A stretch of DNA of 64,000 nt from Parcubacteria group bacterium (GCA_041659685.1 JBAZXV010000004.1:6355-70354), one strand, 5' to 3'; shown: positions 35,418-45,952, numbered from the stretch's first letter. The notes: generated by a model not told the origin, from the letters alone. Translations and numbers: made by a program.

Positions 35418-35981
35418 ATGGCTATATTTTATCTAATCATAGTTTTGTTTGTCGGCGCCTTTATCTTATTTTTTTCTTTTTCTTATCTTGTTTCTCTCCA
35501 CCGGCTTACGAGAGGAGGCGCTCCTTTTGTCCCGGTTCCGAATTCAGTGCTTCCGGAGATAACCAACGCGCTGGAAATCAAAGAAAGAAGCGTGGTGTAT
35601 GATCTCGGTTGCGGAGACGGGAAAGTCCTGGCCGCCTGCTATAATATTCAACCGCTCGCGAATTACGTGGGATATGAAATCAGCCTGGCCGTGTTTCTTC
35701 TTGCCTGGATAAGAAACCGCAAGTCCGGAAGGTCGCGAAAAACAAAAATATTCAGAAAAAATTTTTTTCGGGAGGATCTCTCGAAAGCAACTCACGTTTT
35801 CACTTATCTTCTTCCGCGTCAAATGAAGGAATTGGAAATAAAGTTTGAGAAAGAATTCGCTCCGGGAACGCGCCTTGTCTCCTGCACTTTTCCTCTTGAG
35901 AACAGAAAGCCGGAAAAAGTAATCCTTCTTAACAGGTCAAAATTTTCGATTGCCAGCAAGCTTTATGTGTATGATTTTTAG
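35418..35981 (+). CDS. class I SAM-dependent methyltransferase with N-terminal TM anchor
   Basis: Motif I VYDLGCGDGKVL; the track ORF (35346) overlaps the tRNA, so the internal ATG at 35418 is preferred. Confidence 0.65.
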   Translation: MAIFYLIIVLFVGAFILFFSFSYLVSLHRLTRGGAPFVPVPNSVLPEITNALEIKERSVVYDLGCGDGKVLAACYNIQPLANYVGYEISLAVFLLAWIRNRKSGRSRKTKIFRKNFFREDLSKATHVFTYLLPRQMKELEIKFEKEFAPGTRLVSCTFPLENRKPEKVILLNRSKFSIASKLYVYDF

Positions 35982-35995
35982 CGGTTACAATTCCT

Positions 35996-36553
35996 ATGCC
36001 GAATATATTCCTCATACATGGTGCATATGGCGATCCTGAAGAAAACTGGTTTCCATGGATAAAAAGCGAACTTGAAAAGAGAGGATTGGGGGTTTATGTT
36101 CCGAAATTTCCGACTCCTGAAAATCAGACGCTTGAAAATTGGTTGGCAGTTTTTGAGAGCTGCGAAAAATATGTCAATAAAGACTCGATTTTCATCGGAC
36201 ACAGCCTCGGTTTGGCTTTTATTCTGAATTTACTGGAAAAATCAGACAGATTGATAAAGGCGGCATTTCTCGTGGCCGGATTCGTTGGATATTTGGGTAA
36301 TCCGAAATTTGATGAGATAAACAAAACATTCGTCGACAAAAAATTTGATTGGGAAAAAATAAAGAAAAATTGCCAAAAGTTTTATATTTTTTATTCCGAT
36401 AACGATCCCTATGTTCCGGCAGAAAAATCCAGGGAGGCAGTGCGGAGACTGGAGGCGGAATCGATTTTCGTTAAAGGAGCCGGGCATTTCAATAAAGATT
36501 GCGGCTATGATAAATTTGAGTTGCTGCTCGATGTTTTGAAAAAAGAATTTTAA
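35996..36553 (+). CDS. alpha/beta hydrolase (YdeN/RBBP9-like serine hydrolase family)
   Basis: IFLIHGAYGDPEENWFPW, nucleophile elbow IGHSLG, YSDNDPYVP. Confidence 0.7.
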   Translation: MPNIFLIHGAYGDPEENWFPWIKSELEKRGLGVYVPKFPTPENQTLENWLAVFESCEKYVNKDSIFIGHSLGLAFILNLLEKSDRLIKAAFLVAGFVGYLGNPKFDEINKTFVDKKFDWEKIKKNCQKFYIFYSDNDPYVPAEKSREAVRRLEAESIFVKGAGHFNKDCGYDKFELLLDVLKKEF

Positions 36554-36585
36554 TTTAATAAAAATAATTTCTTAAAGATAAACTT

Positions 36586-37656
36586 ATGATCCGCGAACCA
36601 TTTTACGATCCGAAAAAAAACTACGAAGAAAATTATGAAAAAGGACCGTTTGGCGCCTTTCAAAACCCGGAAAAGTTTCAAAATCAGGGAGAGCCGCAAT
36701 CCGGCTTTCTTGGCAATAAAGCATATCTCCCTTTCGGCATTCCGGCCGGGCCGCTTCTCAACGGGCGCTTCGTGAAAGCAGCGCTTGATATGGGTTTTGA
36801 TATTGCCGTTTATAAGACCGTCCGCACCCAATCTTATCCCTGCAACGCTTTTCCGAATGTCGTGGCGGTTGATCTGGGTGGAAATTTATCCCTTGAACAA
36901 GCTAAAAAAGGTATAACATCAAAAGACAATTACGCGGATCCGCTTTCGATTACCAATTCTTTCGGAGTCCCTTCCTACGATGTCGAAACCTGGCAAAAGG
37001 ACCTTGCCGACGCGGTGGCTTATGCGGGAAAGGGACAAATCGTCGTCGGCAGTTTTCAGGGAACAAAAAAAGGAGACGGAAATATTGACGCGTTTGTTTC
37101 GGATTTCGTACTGGCGGCGCGGCTCGTGAAGGAAACCGGCGCAAAAGTTCTCGAAGTGAATTTTTCTTGTCCAAATGAAGGAACGGCGCACCTGATGTGT
37201 TTTGACGTGGCCATGGTTCAAAGAGTGAGCGAGGCGATAAAAAACGAAATCTGCAGCACGCCGCTTGTGATAAAAATCGCCTATTACGAAAATCAGGATG
37301 CTCTCAAAAAATTGATTCAGGACGTCGGAAATATCGTGGACGGAATTTCAGCCATCAACACGATCGGCGCGGCGGTCAGAAAGGAAAACGGTGAGCAGGC
37401 GCTTCCCGGAGAAGGGCGGCTTGTGAGCGGCGTTTGCGGCGAGGCGATCAAATGGGCAGGACTTGACCAAACAAAGCGGCTCAAGGATCTCCGCGACGAA
37501 CTTGGGATGAAATTCGCGATTATCGGAGTCGGGGGAGTTTCGAGCGCCGAAGATTATAAAAAATACAGGGATGCGGGAGCGGACGCGGTGATGTCGGCGA
37601 CAGGCGCGATGTGGAATCCGTTTCTTGCGCAGGAAATTAAAAAGAGCGCAGAATAA
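36586..37656 (+). CDS. dihydroorotate dehydrogenase-family TIM-barrel flavoprotein (PyrD-like)
   Basis: NFSCPNEGT, IIGVGGVSSAEDYKKYRDAGADAV; overall PyrD/DHPD-like pattern. Confidence 0.65.
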   Translation: MIREPFYDPKKNYEENYEKGPFGAFQNPEKFQNQGEPQSGFLGNKAYLPFGIPAGPLLNGRFVKAALDMGFDIAVYKTVRTQSYPCNAFPNVVAVDLGGNLSLEQAKKGITSKDNYADPLSITNSFGVPSYDVETWQKDLADAVAYAGKGQIVVGSFQGTKKGDGNIDAFVSDFVLAARLVKETGAKVLEVNFSCPNEGTAHLMCFDVAMVQRVSEAIKNEICSTPLVIKIAYYENQDALKKLIQDVGNIVDGISAINTIGAAVRKENGEQALPGEGRLVSGVCGEAIKWAGLDQTKRLKDLRDELGMKFAIIGVGGVSSAEDYKKYRDAGADAVMSATGAMWNPFLAQEIKKSAE

Positions 37657-37734
37657 TATTTTCAACATTTTTCCAAGCGGATGAAGAAAATCCAATTATT
37701 TACGTATTGATATGTATTACAAAAAAATCTTTCT

Positions 37735-38709
37735 ATGGATGTCATCGAAGTAAGAAAACTTCAAAAGAAATTTGATTCCGTCGTTGCGGTTGACGGGATT
37801 TCTTTTTCGGTAGAAAAGGGAGAGATTTTCGGTTTTCTCGGCCCGAACGGGGCAGGGAAGTCGACAACCATCAATATACTGTGCACTCTTCTTGATCCGA
37901 CCGGCGGCGATGCAATAATAAACGGTTTTAATATCCTCAATGACCGCGACAATGTCAGGAGATCAATCGGACTTGTTTTTCAGGATCCGTCCCTCGATGA
38001 CCGGCTTACGGCGGAAGAAAATTTGCGGTTTCATGCAAAACTGTACGGAGTTTCAAAGGCCGACTACAGAGAAAGAGTCGACGAGGTTTTGGATCTGGTT
38101 GAACTTAAGGACCGAAGGCATGATCTCGTCCGGACTTTTTCAGGAGGAATGAAAAGGCGCCTTGAGATCGGCCGGGGTCTGATCCATTATCCGGCTGTGC
38201 TTTTTTTGGACGAACCCACCATCGGCCTTGATCCCCAGACGAGGGCCCACCTCTGGCAATATATTCTGAAGCTTAAAAACGAGAAAGGCATGACAATTTT
38301 CATGACGACGCACTATATGAACGAGGCTGAATATTGCGACCGGATCGCAATCATAGATCGGGGAAAGACTGTTGCGCTCGACACGCCCGATAACCTTAAG
38401 AAAAAAATTGGCGGTGATATCATAATCATGCAGAGTCTGGAAAAAGAGAAACTTGAGAAAGAACTTAAGGAAAAATATGATCTCAAAGTAAAGAGGGAAG
38501 GGGATAATCTGCAAATCGAAGTCGCGGACGCCGATACTTTCATGCCCAAGCTTTTTAATGAATTGGAGTCGAAAATCCAGTCCATTGAAATGAGGCGGCC
38601 GACTTTGGATGATGTGTTTCTTGATCTCACCGGACGCCGGATTCGCGACGAACACGCTTCCGAAAGAGACATGATGAGATCGCAAGTGCAGTTGCGGAGA
38701 AGAGGCTGA
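37735..38709 (+). CDS. ABC transporter ATP-binding protein
   Basis: Walker A GPNGAGKST, signature LSGGMKRRLEIG, Walker B LFLDEPT. Confidence 0.9.
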   Translation: MDVIEVRKLQKKFDSVVAVDGISFSVEKGEIFGFLGPNGAGKSTTINILCTLLDPTGGDAIINGFNILNDRDNVRRSIGLVFQDPSLDDRLTAEENLRFHAKLYGVSKADYRERVDEVLDLVELKDRRHDLVRTFSGGMKRRLEIGRGLIHYPAVLFLDEPTIGLDPQTRAHLWQYILKLKNEKGMTIFMTTHYMNEAEYCDRIAIIDRGKTVALDTPDNLKKKIGGDIIIMQSLEKEKLEKELKEKYDLKVKREGDNLQIEVADADTFMPKLFNELESKIQSIEMRRPTLDDVFLDLTGRRIRDEHASERDMMRSQVQLRRRG

Positions 38710-38717
38710 CAAACAGA

Positions 38718-39557
38718 ATGGAGGAGGATAAAATTTTTGCCGGATCAAAACCGAATTTTACATATTCAAAATCGCATATGAATTTCACAGCTATCTACAC
38801 AATTTGGGAGAGAGAAATTATTCGCTACTGGCGCGACAAAGCCCGGATAATTTCGACTATTATCCAGCCGCTGACGTTTCTGGTTATTTTTGGCACGGGA
38901 CTGAGACAAACTTTGGCGACCGGGACATTGGGAATAGATTTTTTGAAATTCATGTACCCCGGGATTATCGCCATGAATGTCATGGGTGTCGCTTTTTTCT
39001 CAACAATTTCGACGGTCTGGGACCGGGAATTCGGATTTTTAAAGGAAATTTTGGTTGCTCCCGTTTCGAGAACTTCCATCGCGCTTGGAAAAGCGCTCGG
39101 CGCCACTACGGTGGCCTCCGGGCAAGCCTTGCTGCTTCTTATTCTTGCTCCTTTTCTTGGCATTACCCTGCACTTTATCTTAATCCCAAAACTGATATTT
39201 TTTATGATTCTTCTCGCCTTTTCCATTTCCGGCCTCGGACTTTTGATTTCTTCTCTTCTTAAATCTCTTGAAAGTTTCGGGCTTATAATGCAAATATTGA
39301 TTTTTCCGATGTTTTTTCTTTCCGGGGCATTTTTTCCCCTGACAGCTGTTCCGAATTGGATGAAGGCATTGGCTTCGATAAATCCGCTTACATATGGCGT
39401 GGATTCGCTGAGGGAAATAATTCTTAGCGATCAAATAACATCGGGCGAAGCGATGAAAATAATATTACACTCCCAGCCGGTGAATGCATTTTTTCTGCTG
39501 GCTTTTTCGGCGCTGATGATTCTGGCGGCCGTGGTCGCTTTCAATAAGAAAAATTGA
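38718..39557 (+). CDS. ABC-2 family transporter permease
   Basis: Six TM helices; adjacent to the ATPase. Confidence 0.75.
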   Translation: MEEDKIFAGSKPNFTYSKSHMNFTAIYTIWEREIIRYWRDKARIISTIIQPLTFLVIFGTGLRQTLATGTLGIDFLKFMYPGIIAMNVMGVAFFSTISTVWDREFGFLKEILVAPVSRTSIALGKALGATTVASGQALLLLILAPFLGITLHFILIPKLIFFMILLAFSISGLGLLISSLLKSLESFGLIMQILIFPMFFLSGAFFPLTAVPNWMKALASINPLTYGVDSLREIILSDQITSGEAMKIILHSQPVNAFFLLAFSALMILAAVVAFNKKN

Positions 39558-39735
39558 TTTTGAAAAAAACGAGCTATTTGTGCTTTAAAACAAGGCTTCA
39601 AAAGAGTCTTTTTTTATTTTAGCAAAGTTTCTGTCCTTGAATCGCGTATTATCTAAATCAGGAAGTCGGAACTTACTTAAAGGAGGCGCGTTTTTTCCGG
39701 GGTCAGAAAACAATATAAGGAAGGGTGATATATAA

Positions 39736-39972
39736 ATGAACGCAAGTGAAATCAGGTCAGTGTTTGGCGGCCAGGATACTCAGGCGATACGAAAACTGAT
39801 ACAATCCGTTGCGGAAAATGAAAATTGTTTCGATGTTTGTGTCAGCGGTAAAGGCTGCCTGAAATTCAAAGTCAGGATTCCGCTCACCGGAGTAACTGTT
39901 GCCCATACGATTTGCGGCCTCCCTTCAGACGTTGATATTAAAGGAGAATTCGGGTTGTTGGAGGCATGCTAG
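39736..39972 (+). CDS. small hypothetical protein
   Basis: 78-aa ORF with an RBS-like aaggaagggtg upstream. Confidence 0.3.
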   Translation: MNASEIRSVFGGQDTQAIRKLIQSVAENENCFDVCVSGKGCLKFKVRIPLTGVTVAHTICGLPSDVDIKGEFGLLEAC

Positions 39973-40137
39973 CGCGACGTTAATTCCGGCAAGGCCAATA
40001 GTTCAGAGCCTCAACCATAATTGGAAGAGGCTCTCATCTTTTTTTGGTATGTTTTTGAAGGTTGCTGTGTTAAAATAAAAATATCGCAAATGCAGACAAT
40101 GGATGTATCTTTTCGGATATTTTTTAATCTTAGAAGA

Positions 40138-40830
40138 ATGGATAAAAAAATAATTATTTTAGCCTCGATTGTTTCTTTTTCCGCCGTGATACTGATCTAT
40201 AATCTTTACAGCATAGTCACCGTTAAGCAGACAGTTGTGGAAAATGCTCTTCCGGAAAAGGTTAAAAATATAGTGGAAAGCCAGGTGCTGCCGCAGGAAG
40301 AATTGCCTGATCCTCCGCCTCCCGCTTTCCAGCCGCCTTTGGACAGGGCCGGCGAGAGGATTACCAAAAAGAAATTTGGCCAATATATTACTCCTCAAAA
40401 TTCGCCTGTGAAACCGGAAAAATTCAGGGGATACCATACGGGGACGGATTTTGAAATTTTCCCGGAAGAGCTGAGCCTTGATGTTTCGGTAAAAGCGGTT
40501 TGCGACGGAAAAATAGCACTCAAAAAAACAGCCGCTGGATATGGCGGAGTTTTGGTTCAAACTTGCGAGCTGGACGGCGGGCCAGCTACCGTTGTTTATG
40601 GACATTTGAAACTTGCGAGCATTGAAAAAAAAGCCGGAGACGATTTATTAAAAGGCGAAGAGATCGGAATTCTCGGAAAAGCGTATAGCGCGGAAACGAA
40701 CGGCGAACGGAAACATTTGCATCTCAGCATTCATAGGGGCGCTTCAATTGACATTCGGGGTTATGTGCAAAAAGAATCCGAACTTTCAGGTTGGGTCGAT
40801 CTTTGCAGTCTTGAGTCAGTTTGCAATTAG
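40138..40830 (+). CDS. M23-family metallopeptidase (LytM domain) with N-terminal TM
   Basis: YHTGTDFE, GYGGVLVQ, HLHLSIH motifs. Confidence 0.75.
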   Translation: MDKKIIILASIVSFSAVILIYNLYSIVTVKQTVVENALPEKVKNIVESQVLPQEELPDPPPPAFQPPLDRAGERITKKKFGQYITPQNSPVKPEKFRGYHTGTDFEIFPEELSLDVSVKAVCDGKIALKKTAAGYGGVLVQTCELDGGPATVVYGHLKLASIEKKAGDDLLKGEEIGILGKAYSAETNGERKHLHLSIHRGASIDIRGYVQKESELSGWVDLCSLESVCN

Positions 40831-40854
40831 CATCCCAAAGAGAAATACGTTGGA

Positions 40855-40883
40855 AAAAAAGCGGCGTTTCGCCGCGTTTTTTA
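40855..40883 (+). terminator. rho-independent terminator
   Basis: aaaaaagcggcg-ttt-cgccgc-gttttttatt. Confidence 0.7.
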
Positions 40884-41158
40884 TTTATGCTATAATAAAA
40901 ACACATATAATCAAGAAATATATATGGCGAAAAATGCAACCCGAACCGGTTCGGTGAAAAAGCGCAACCAGGTTTGGAATCCAAAAAACAAGCGCTGGAC
41001 GAAGCGGTCTTCCGATTCGGGCCGCTTTATGGATCAAAAAGCAGATAAGAAACCGTTCAAAGGGGTAAGAAAAAAATGATTCTCTTTAATTTGCGGTTGG
41101 TGATAATCGATTGGAACAAAAAAATCGGAATAAGATTAACCGTTTTGAACAATAAATT

Positions 41159-41446
41159 ATGTCTGAAAATAAGGTTTTTACAAGCGAACAGGCAAGGGCT
41201 ATCGGAGAGCAATTGGGCGTAAAATGGGATAAATTCGACATTGAACAATTTCGGATGGGGATGGACGTTGAGCTTGAGCACGGGACAATAAACTCAAACA
41301 CAAATGTTTCAAATGACGACTCCATGACAACCGGAAAAATAGCTCTTGCCCATCTCGACGAATTTCCCGACTATTACACGCGTCTTCGCGAAATGGAGCA
41401 GGACGCGGAGAAATACTGGGAAGCAAAGACCGGCGGCGTTGAATAG
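41159..41446 (+). CDS. small conserved hypothetical protein
   Basis: 95 aa; IALAHLDEFPDYYTRL. Confidence 0.45.
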   Translation: MSENKVFTSEQARAIGEQLGVKWDKFDIEQFRMGMDVELEHGTINSNTNVSNDDSMTTGKIALAHLDEFPDYYTRLREMEQDAEKYWEAKTGGVE

Positions 41447-41540
41447 CGCCTGAGAGATCGTTTCCGGAGTTTTCCGCCTTGTTATTCCCCGATTTTTGCA
41501 AAGAACGGCGAACAAAACCAATAAAAAATAATTTAAATAA

Positions 41541-43592
41541 ATGGAGGAAAAAATAAATCAAAAAAATAATCCCAAGTTCATTTTTGCGGTTTTGGCGTCG
41601 CTCGCTGTTATAGGGATACTCATTTTGGCTTTTCTCTGGACGCAAAGAATAACTCGAAGAGCGCCGGTTTCGGAAATCGAGCCGGTAAACAATCAAAAAG
41701 AGAAATTGACCGAAGTTAAAAAGTTCGCTTCGGAACAGGAATTTAAGGACTATCTTGAAAAAGCAAAAAATGTCTCGGTGTTTTCCAACGGAAGAGGCGG
41801 AGGATTAATGGAAATGAGCGCAAAAAGCACCGATAGCATCAACGTGCCCCAGGCAACCGGACTTGGTGCGGCGCCAAGCCGCGTTTCGGAAACGAACGTT
41901 CAGGTGGAAGGCATAGACGAACCGGACACAGTGAAAACAAACGGAAAGGAAATTTTTTTCTCGGTCGACAGGCCGGAAATAATGCCTCTTGACGACACCG
42001 CGGGGAGAACTGATGAATCAAGGGAACTATTTCCGCTGAGCCAGACCGGCGGGACGAAATCAATTGCAGCTTTCCCGCCAGAAAACTTAAAGGTGGACAG
42101 TAAAATAAACAGATCGGGAGATCTGCTCTTATCCGATAAGTATCTGATTGTCATTCCTTCCCAGCGATATTTTTGGTCTCAGGATTCCAGCCGGATATAC
42201 GGATACGACGCCTCGAATCCTGAAAATCCGAGAGAAATTTGGAATATGGAAATCAAGAAATCAAGTTCGATTGCCGGAGCGAGGTTTTACAAGGGGAAAA
42301 TATATTTGGCGATGAAAACTGATTTTTCCGAAAACGAATCCTGCCTTTTGGAGCCTCTAGCTCTGCAAGGCGTTCCGTTTTCCATAAAATGCACGGATAT
42401 TTACCGGCCTGCAACCGTAATTCCGGCTGAAGCAACTTATTCGACAGTGATCATAGATCCGGCTTCGGGAAAAATTGAAAAAAGCGTTTCCTTCGTAGGA
42501 TCAAGCGATTACACCGCTTCAACGGTTTATATGTCGCCTGAAGCTCTTTATGTCACTTATTATTTTCCCGGAGATTCAGTGAAAATTTTAGCTTCGTTTT
42601 TCTCGGAAAATGGAGACCTTGTGCCGGATTGGCTGGCTCAAAAACTGAAAAAGCTTGAAGGATACGACATTTCAAGCTCGGCCAAGATGACTGAAGTTTG
42701 GGAACTGATCGGACGGTTCCAGAATTCTCTTTCTGACGATGACCGAATGAGAATGCAAAACGAGATCTCAAACCGAATGGGAGATTTTCTCAAAAATCAT
42801 CGCCGCGATCTTGACAGTACGGGAATCGTAAAAATTGGCGCCGGCAGTCTGAATATCGAGGCGACTGGAAATGTTCCGGGAAAACTCCTTAATCAATTTT
42901 CTCTTGACGAATATCAGGGAGACCTCAGAGTCGCCACAACAGTCGGAGAGAATTTCCTTGGCTGGGGCCTGGGCGGAGCGCGCTCGAGCGAAACGGTGAA
43001 TGATGTCTATGTTCTCGGCGACAATATGAAAACGGAAGGTTCGGTTATAGATCTTGGGAAAGGCGAGCGGATATATTCCGTTCGGTTTATCGAAGACAAA
43101 GGTTATGTCGTGACCTTTAAGCAAGTCGATCCATTCTATGTTATTGATCTTTCCGATCCGATGAATCCGGAAAAAAAGGGCGAGCTCAAAATTCCGGGAT
43201 ATTCTTCCTATCTTCATCCGATCAGCAAAGAAAGGATCTTAGGAATCGGCGAAGAAGACAATCGGGTGAAGATATCTCTTTTCGACGTAAGTGTTCCGGC
43301 AAACCCGATCGAGATCGCAAAATATAATCTTAATGAATATTACTCCGAAATTTCCCAGACTCACCACGCTTTTCTTTTGGACGCAAAACATAAAATATTC
43401 TTTCTTCCAGGCGCAAAAGGAGGCTATGTTTTCTCCTATGCCGGCGATAAAATAAACCTGGCCAAAACAGTCTCAGAAAATCAAATCAAACGGGCGGTTT
43501 ATATAGACGACTATCTATATATGCTGGGGGATAACAAGCTTATTGTCTTGGATGAAAAGAATTGGGAAAAAACCGGCGATCTTGATTTATAA
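41541..43592 (+). CDS. large secreted/membrane-anchored protein, probably beta-propeller-domain family
   Basis: 683 aa; N-terminal TM; beta-rich; YVIDLSDPMNPEKKGELKIPGYSSYLHPI resembles the secreted beta-propeller domain family. Inferred. Confidence 0.4.
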   Translation: MEEKINQKNNPKFIFAVLASLAVIGILILAFLWTQRITRRAPVSEIEPVNNQKEKLTEVKKFASEQEFKDYLEKAKNVSVFSNGRGGGLMEMSAKSTDSINVPQATGLGAAPSRVSETNVQVEGIDEPDTVKTNGKEIFFSVDRPEIMPLDDTAGRTDESRELFPLSQTGGTKSIAAFPPENLKVDSKINRSGDLLLSDKYLIVIPSQRYFWSQDSSRIYGYDASNPENPREIWNMEIKKSSSIAGARFYKGKIYLAMKTDFSENESCLLEPLALQGVPFSIKCTDIYRPATVIPAEATYSTVIIDPASGKIEKSVSFVGSSDYTASTVYMSPEALYVTYYFPGDSVKILASFFSENGDLVPDWLAQKLKKLEGYDISSSAKMTEVWELIGRFQNSLSDDDRMRMQNEISNRMGDFLKNHRRDLDSTGIVKIGAGSLNIEATGNVPGKLLNQFSLDEYQGDLRVATTVGENFLGWGLGGARSSETVNDVYVLGDNMKTEGSVIDLGKGERIYSVRFIEDKGYVVTFKQVDPFYVIDLSDPMNPEKKGELKIPGYSSYLHPISKERILGIGEEDNRVKISLFDVSVPANPIEIAKYNLNEYYSEISQTHHAFLLDAKHKIFFLPGAKGGYVFSYAGDKINLAKTVSENQIKRAVYIDDYLYMLGDNKLIVLDEKNWEKTGDLDL

Positions 43593-43744
43593 GAAAAATG
43601 CCTTTATAATGAATCGGTTTATCCCGCAATAGCATCGGGGAAGTAAATTTAGCGATGAACGTGGCATTTTGGAGGACTATTCTCCCTAAAAATAAAAATG
43701 CCAAACCCATGGGATATATCTGCACCTTCCTCTAGTTAAGATTT

Positions 43745-44335
43745 TTGCAAATGATAGATAATAATAGTTGCGAAAAAAAAACAGATGAAGAACTGGTTGT
43801 CCTGGCGCTCAAGGATCAGGATTATTTTTCATGTCTCGTGGAGAGATACGAACCAAAGCTAAAGCGTTATATTCTGCGAATTTCAGCGTCGACCCAGGAA
43901 GACGCCGAAGATCTTCTTCAGGAGATATTCGTGAAAGTTTACCGCAACCTCAACGACTTCGATCCCGGCCTAAAATTTTCTTCCTGGATATACCGTATCG
44001 CCCATAACCAGGTGATCAGTCAATGGCGAAAGACAAGAGTTCGCCCGCAAGTACTAAAATTTGAAGCTGATGAAGATTTTTTGAAGTTTATCGCGACGGA
44101 TGAGGATTTGGCCCGCGATACGGAGAGAAAATTCACGGGAGAACAAGTGAGAGCCACAATTTCCGAATTAGATCCAAAATACCGGGAAGTTTTGGTTCTG
44201 AAATTTTTGGAGGGGAAAGACTATAAGGAAATTTCAGACATCCTTGAAAAACCTCTTGGAACGGTGGCAACTCTGATAAACAGAGCCAAGAAGCAGTTCC
44301 AGAAAATCAGTAATAAAAGGGGGATTAAGTTTTGA
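43745..44335 (+). CDS. ECF-type RNA polymerase sigma factor
   Basis: Region 2 (LLQEIFVKVYRNLNDFD...FSSWIYRIAHNQ) and region 4 HTH (YKEISDILEKPLGTVATLINRAKKQF). Confidence 0.8.
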   Translation: MQMIDNNSCEKKTDEELVVLALKDQDYFSCLVERYEPKLKRYILRISASTQEDAEDLLQEIFVKVYRNLNDFDPGLKFSSWIYRIAHNQVISQWRKTRVRPQVLKFEADEDFLKFIATDEDLARDTERKFTGEQVRATISELDPKYREVLVLKFLEGKDYKEISDILEKPLGTVATLINRAKKQFQKISNKRGIKF

Positions 44336-44366
44336 TATGCATCCCGGGGCTGATCCTTGGGGTTTT

Positions 44367-44385
44367 CCTAAGGCTTAGCCTTAGG
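44367..44385. promoter_or_regulatory. CCTAAGG-N5-CCTTAGG palindrome (second copy, cf. 18974)
   Basis: cctaaggcttagccttagg between the sigma factor and the downstream membrane protein. Confidence 0.3.
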
Positions 44386-44393
44386 CAAAAACT

Positions 44394-45134
44394 ATGAAAA
44401 AGTTATGCGACAGAGTGCTTGATAAGATCAAGGAAGAAAAAATTTCTCCCAGGCCCCGATGGATTTTTTTGCTCCGCGACTGCTCGGTCTGGTCGGCTTT
44501 TATCTTTTCGGTCATCGTGGGAAGCCTGGCTTTTTGCATTATTTTGACCGTTGCTATGAACAGCGACTGGGATATTTATCAATATCTGGGACGAACCCCG
44601 TTTCAGCACATTATTTTTTCTCTTCCCTATCTTTGGATAATTATTCTGATTTTATTTTTTGGGCTGGCTTATTTCAATTACAAACACACAAAGAAGGGTT
44701 ATCAGTACCATGCCTTCACGATTTTCGGTCTGAGCATATTGAGCAGTGTCGTTTTTGGATCAATTTTTTCGGCCTCAGGGATCGGGATAAGGATAGACCG
44801 GTATCTCGACCGAAATATTCCGTCTTTTCAGGCAATGAACTGCTGCCAGATAAACGAAGGCTTTTGGGTTCAGCCGGAAAAGGGGCTTCTCGGAGGAACG
44901 GTGAAAAATGTTACTGATGAAAGAGATTTTAATCTGGAGGATTTTAACGGTTTTGTCTGGCTTGTTCATGAAGACGAGAACACACTCGAATTCGATCCGG
45001 TTCAAATCAGGGACGGTGAAGAAGTGAAAATTATCGGTGAAAAAGAGCGGGAAAACGTTTTTCTGGCGAAGGAAATCAGGCCTTGGCAGGGAAGGGGGCA
45101 GGCGCGCCCGATGCGATTTCGTTTGGACGACTAA
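44394..45134 (+). CDS. membrane protein downstream of the ECF sigma factor (possible anti-sigma factor)
   Basis: Position plus a cytoplasmic N-terminal segment followed by TM helices; no motif-level support. Confidence 0.4.
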   Translation: MKKLCDRVLDKIKEEKISPRPRWIFLLRDCSVWSAFIFSVIVGSLAFCIILTVAMNSDWDIYQYLGRTPFQHIIFSLPYLWIIILILFFGLAYFNYKHTKKGYQYHAFTIFGLSILSSVVFGSIFSASGIGIRIDRYLDRNIPSFQAMNCCQINEGFWVQPEKGLLGGTVKNVTDERDFNLEDFNGFVWLVHEDENTLEFDPVQIRDGEEVKIIGEKERENVFLAKEIRPWQGRGQARPMRFRLDD

Positions 45135-45160
45135 GTGTGAAAATAATAAGCTACGCGGTT

Positions 45161-45195
45161 TACTCCTTTTGCAGAAAATCGCGAGCGGCCGGACG
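45161..45195. repeat. partial copy (d) of the CYTTTGCRGAAAAC element
   Basis: ctccttttgcagaaaatcgcgagcggccgg. Confidence 0.3.
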
Positions 45196-45528
45196 ATTAG
45201 CTGAATTCGATTAAACCCGCTTTTCGATAACGTAATATATTTCTGATTCGCTATTACAATAAACATAAGCATCCGTCAAATTAGATTGGCGGATTTTTTG
45301 CATCTTCCATTAATTTCATCCGGAAGGCAGCCTTCTTGTGCAATTTTCTAATTTCGCTCCGGAAGAAATTCCGGGGCAGATTCCTGGGGACGGCCAGTAT
45401 TATTGCGATTGAAAAATCTTTGAAAGCTGGAACGGCGGGATGCGTAAAATATAGACGGAGCTGGCTGTTGCTTCGCGAGGCATAAACCGATAATAAATAA
45501 GTTATTTATTAAAAATTCATAAAAAAAT

Positions 45529-45927
45529 ATGCGAAAAAATTTTTTCTTTCCGGTCGGGGTTATTGCGCTGATTACCGCTTCGGGAGTTGCCTATTCAGCT
45601 TATGCCTATCAGGGCGATTCTGAACAGCGAGGTCCTAATTTTTCCGGTGTAAGGTATGAAGCGATGCAAAAAGCCTTTGAAAACAATGACTATAATTCCT
45701 GGAAAAATCTTATGAACGGCCGGGGAGTATCGGATGTAATAAATGAAGGAAATTTTAGCCGTTTTTCGGAAATGCACCGCCTGATGCTGGCAGGAAAATA
45801 TGACGAAGCCAATAAAATCCGCGAAGAACTCGGGCTTCAGCAAAGAGACAATGGAAACGGAAGGGCAGATAAAAGCCGGCGCGCAGGAAACAGGAATTGC
45901 AATTGCCCGCAAGTGAATAATTCATAA
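45529..45927 (+). CDS. secreted hypothetical protein
   Basis: Signal-peptide-like N-terminus; no family. Confidence 0.4.
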   Translation: MRKNFFFPVGVIALITASGVAYSAYAYQGDSEQRGPNFSGVRYEAMQKAFENNDYNSWKNLMNGRGVSDVINEGNFSRFSEMHRLMLAGKYDEANKIREELGLQQRDNGNGRADKSRRAGNRNCNCPQVNNS

Positions 45928-45952
45928 ATTTTTACTAAATGACTTTTAAACA

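Noticed and set aside
24060-35420. Calling the 24-35 kb segment a mobile genomic island
   Set aside because: No integrase, transposase or flanking direct repeats were seen. Composition looks somewhat GC-richer by eye, but I cannot quantify it. The tRNA at 35332 is suggestive only, so no mobile_element feature is annotated.
43600-43744. ECF-type autoregulated promoter (GAAC...CGTC-like) upstream of the sigma factor gene
   Set aside because: The tgaacgtggcattttggaggactattctc segment has an AAC motif, but spacing and the -10 do not match any ECF consensus well enough to annotate.
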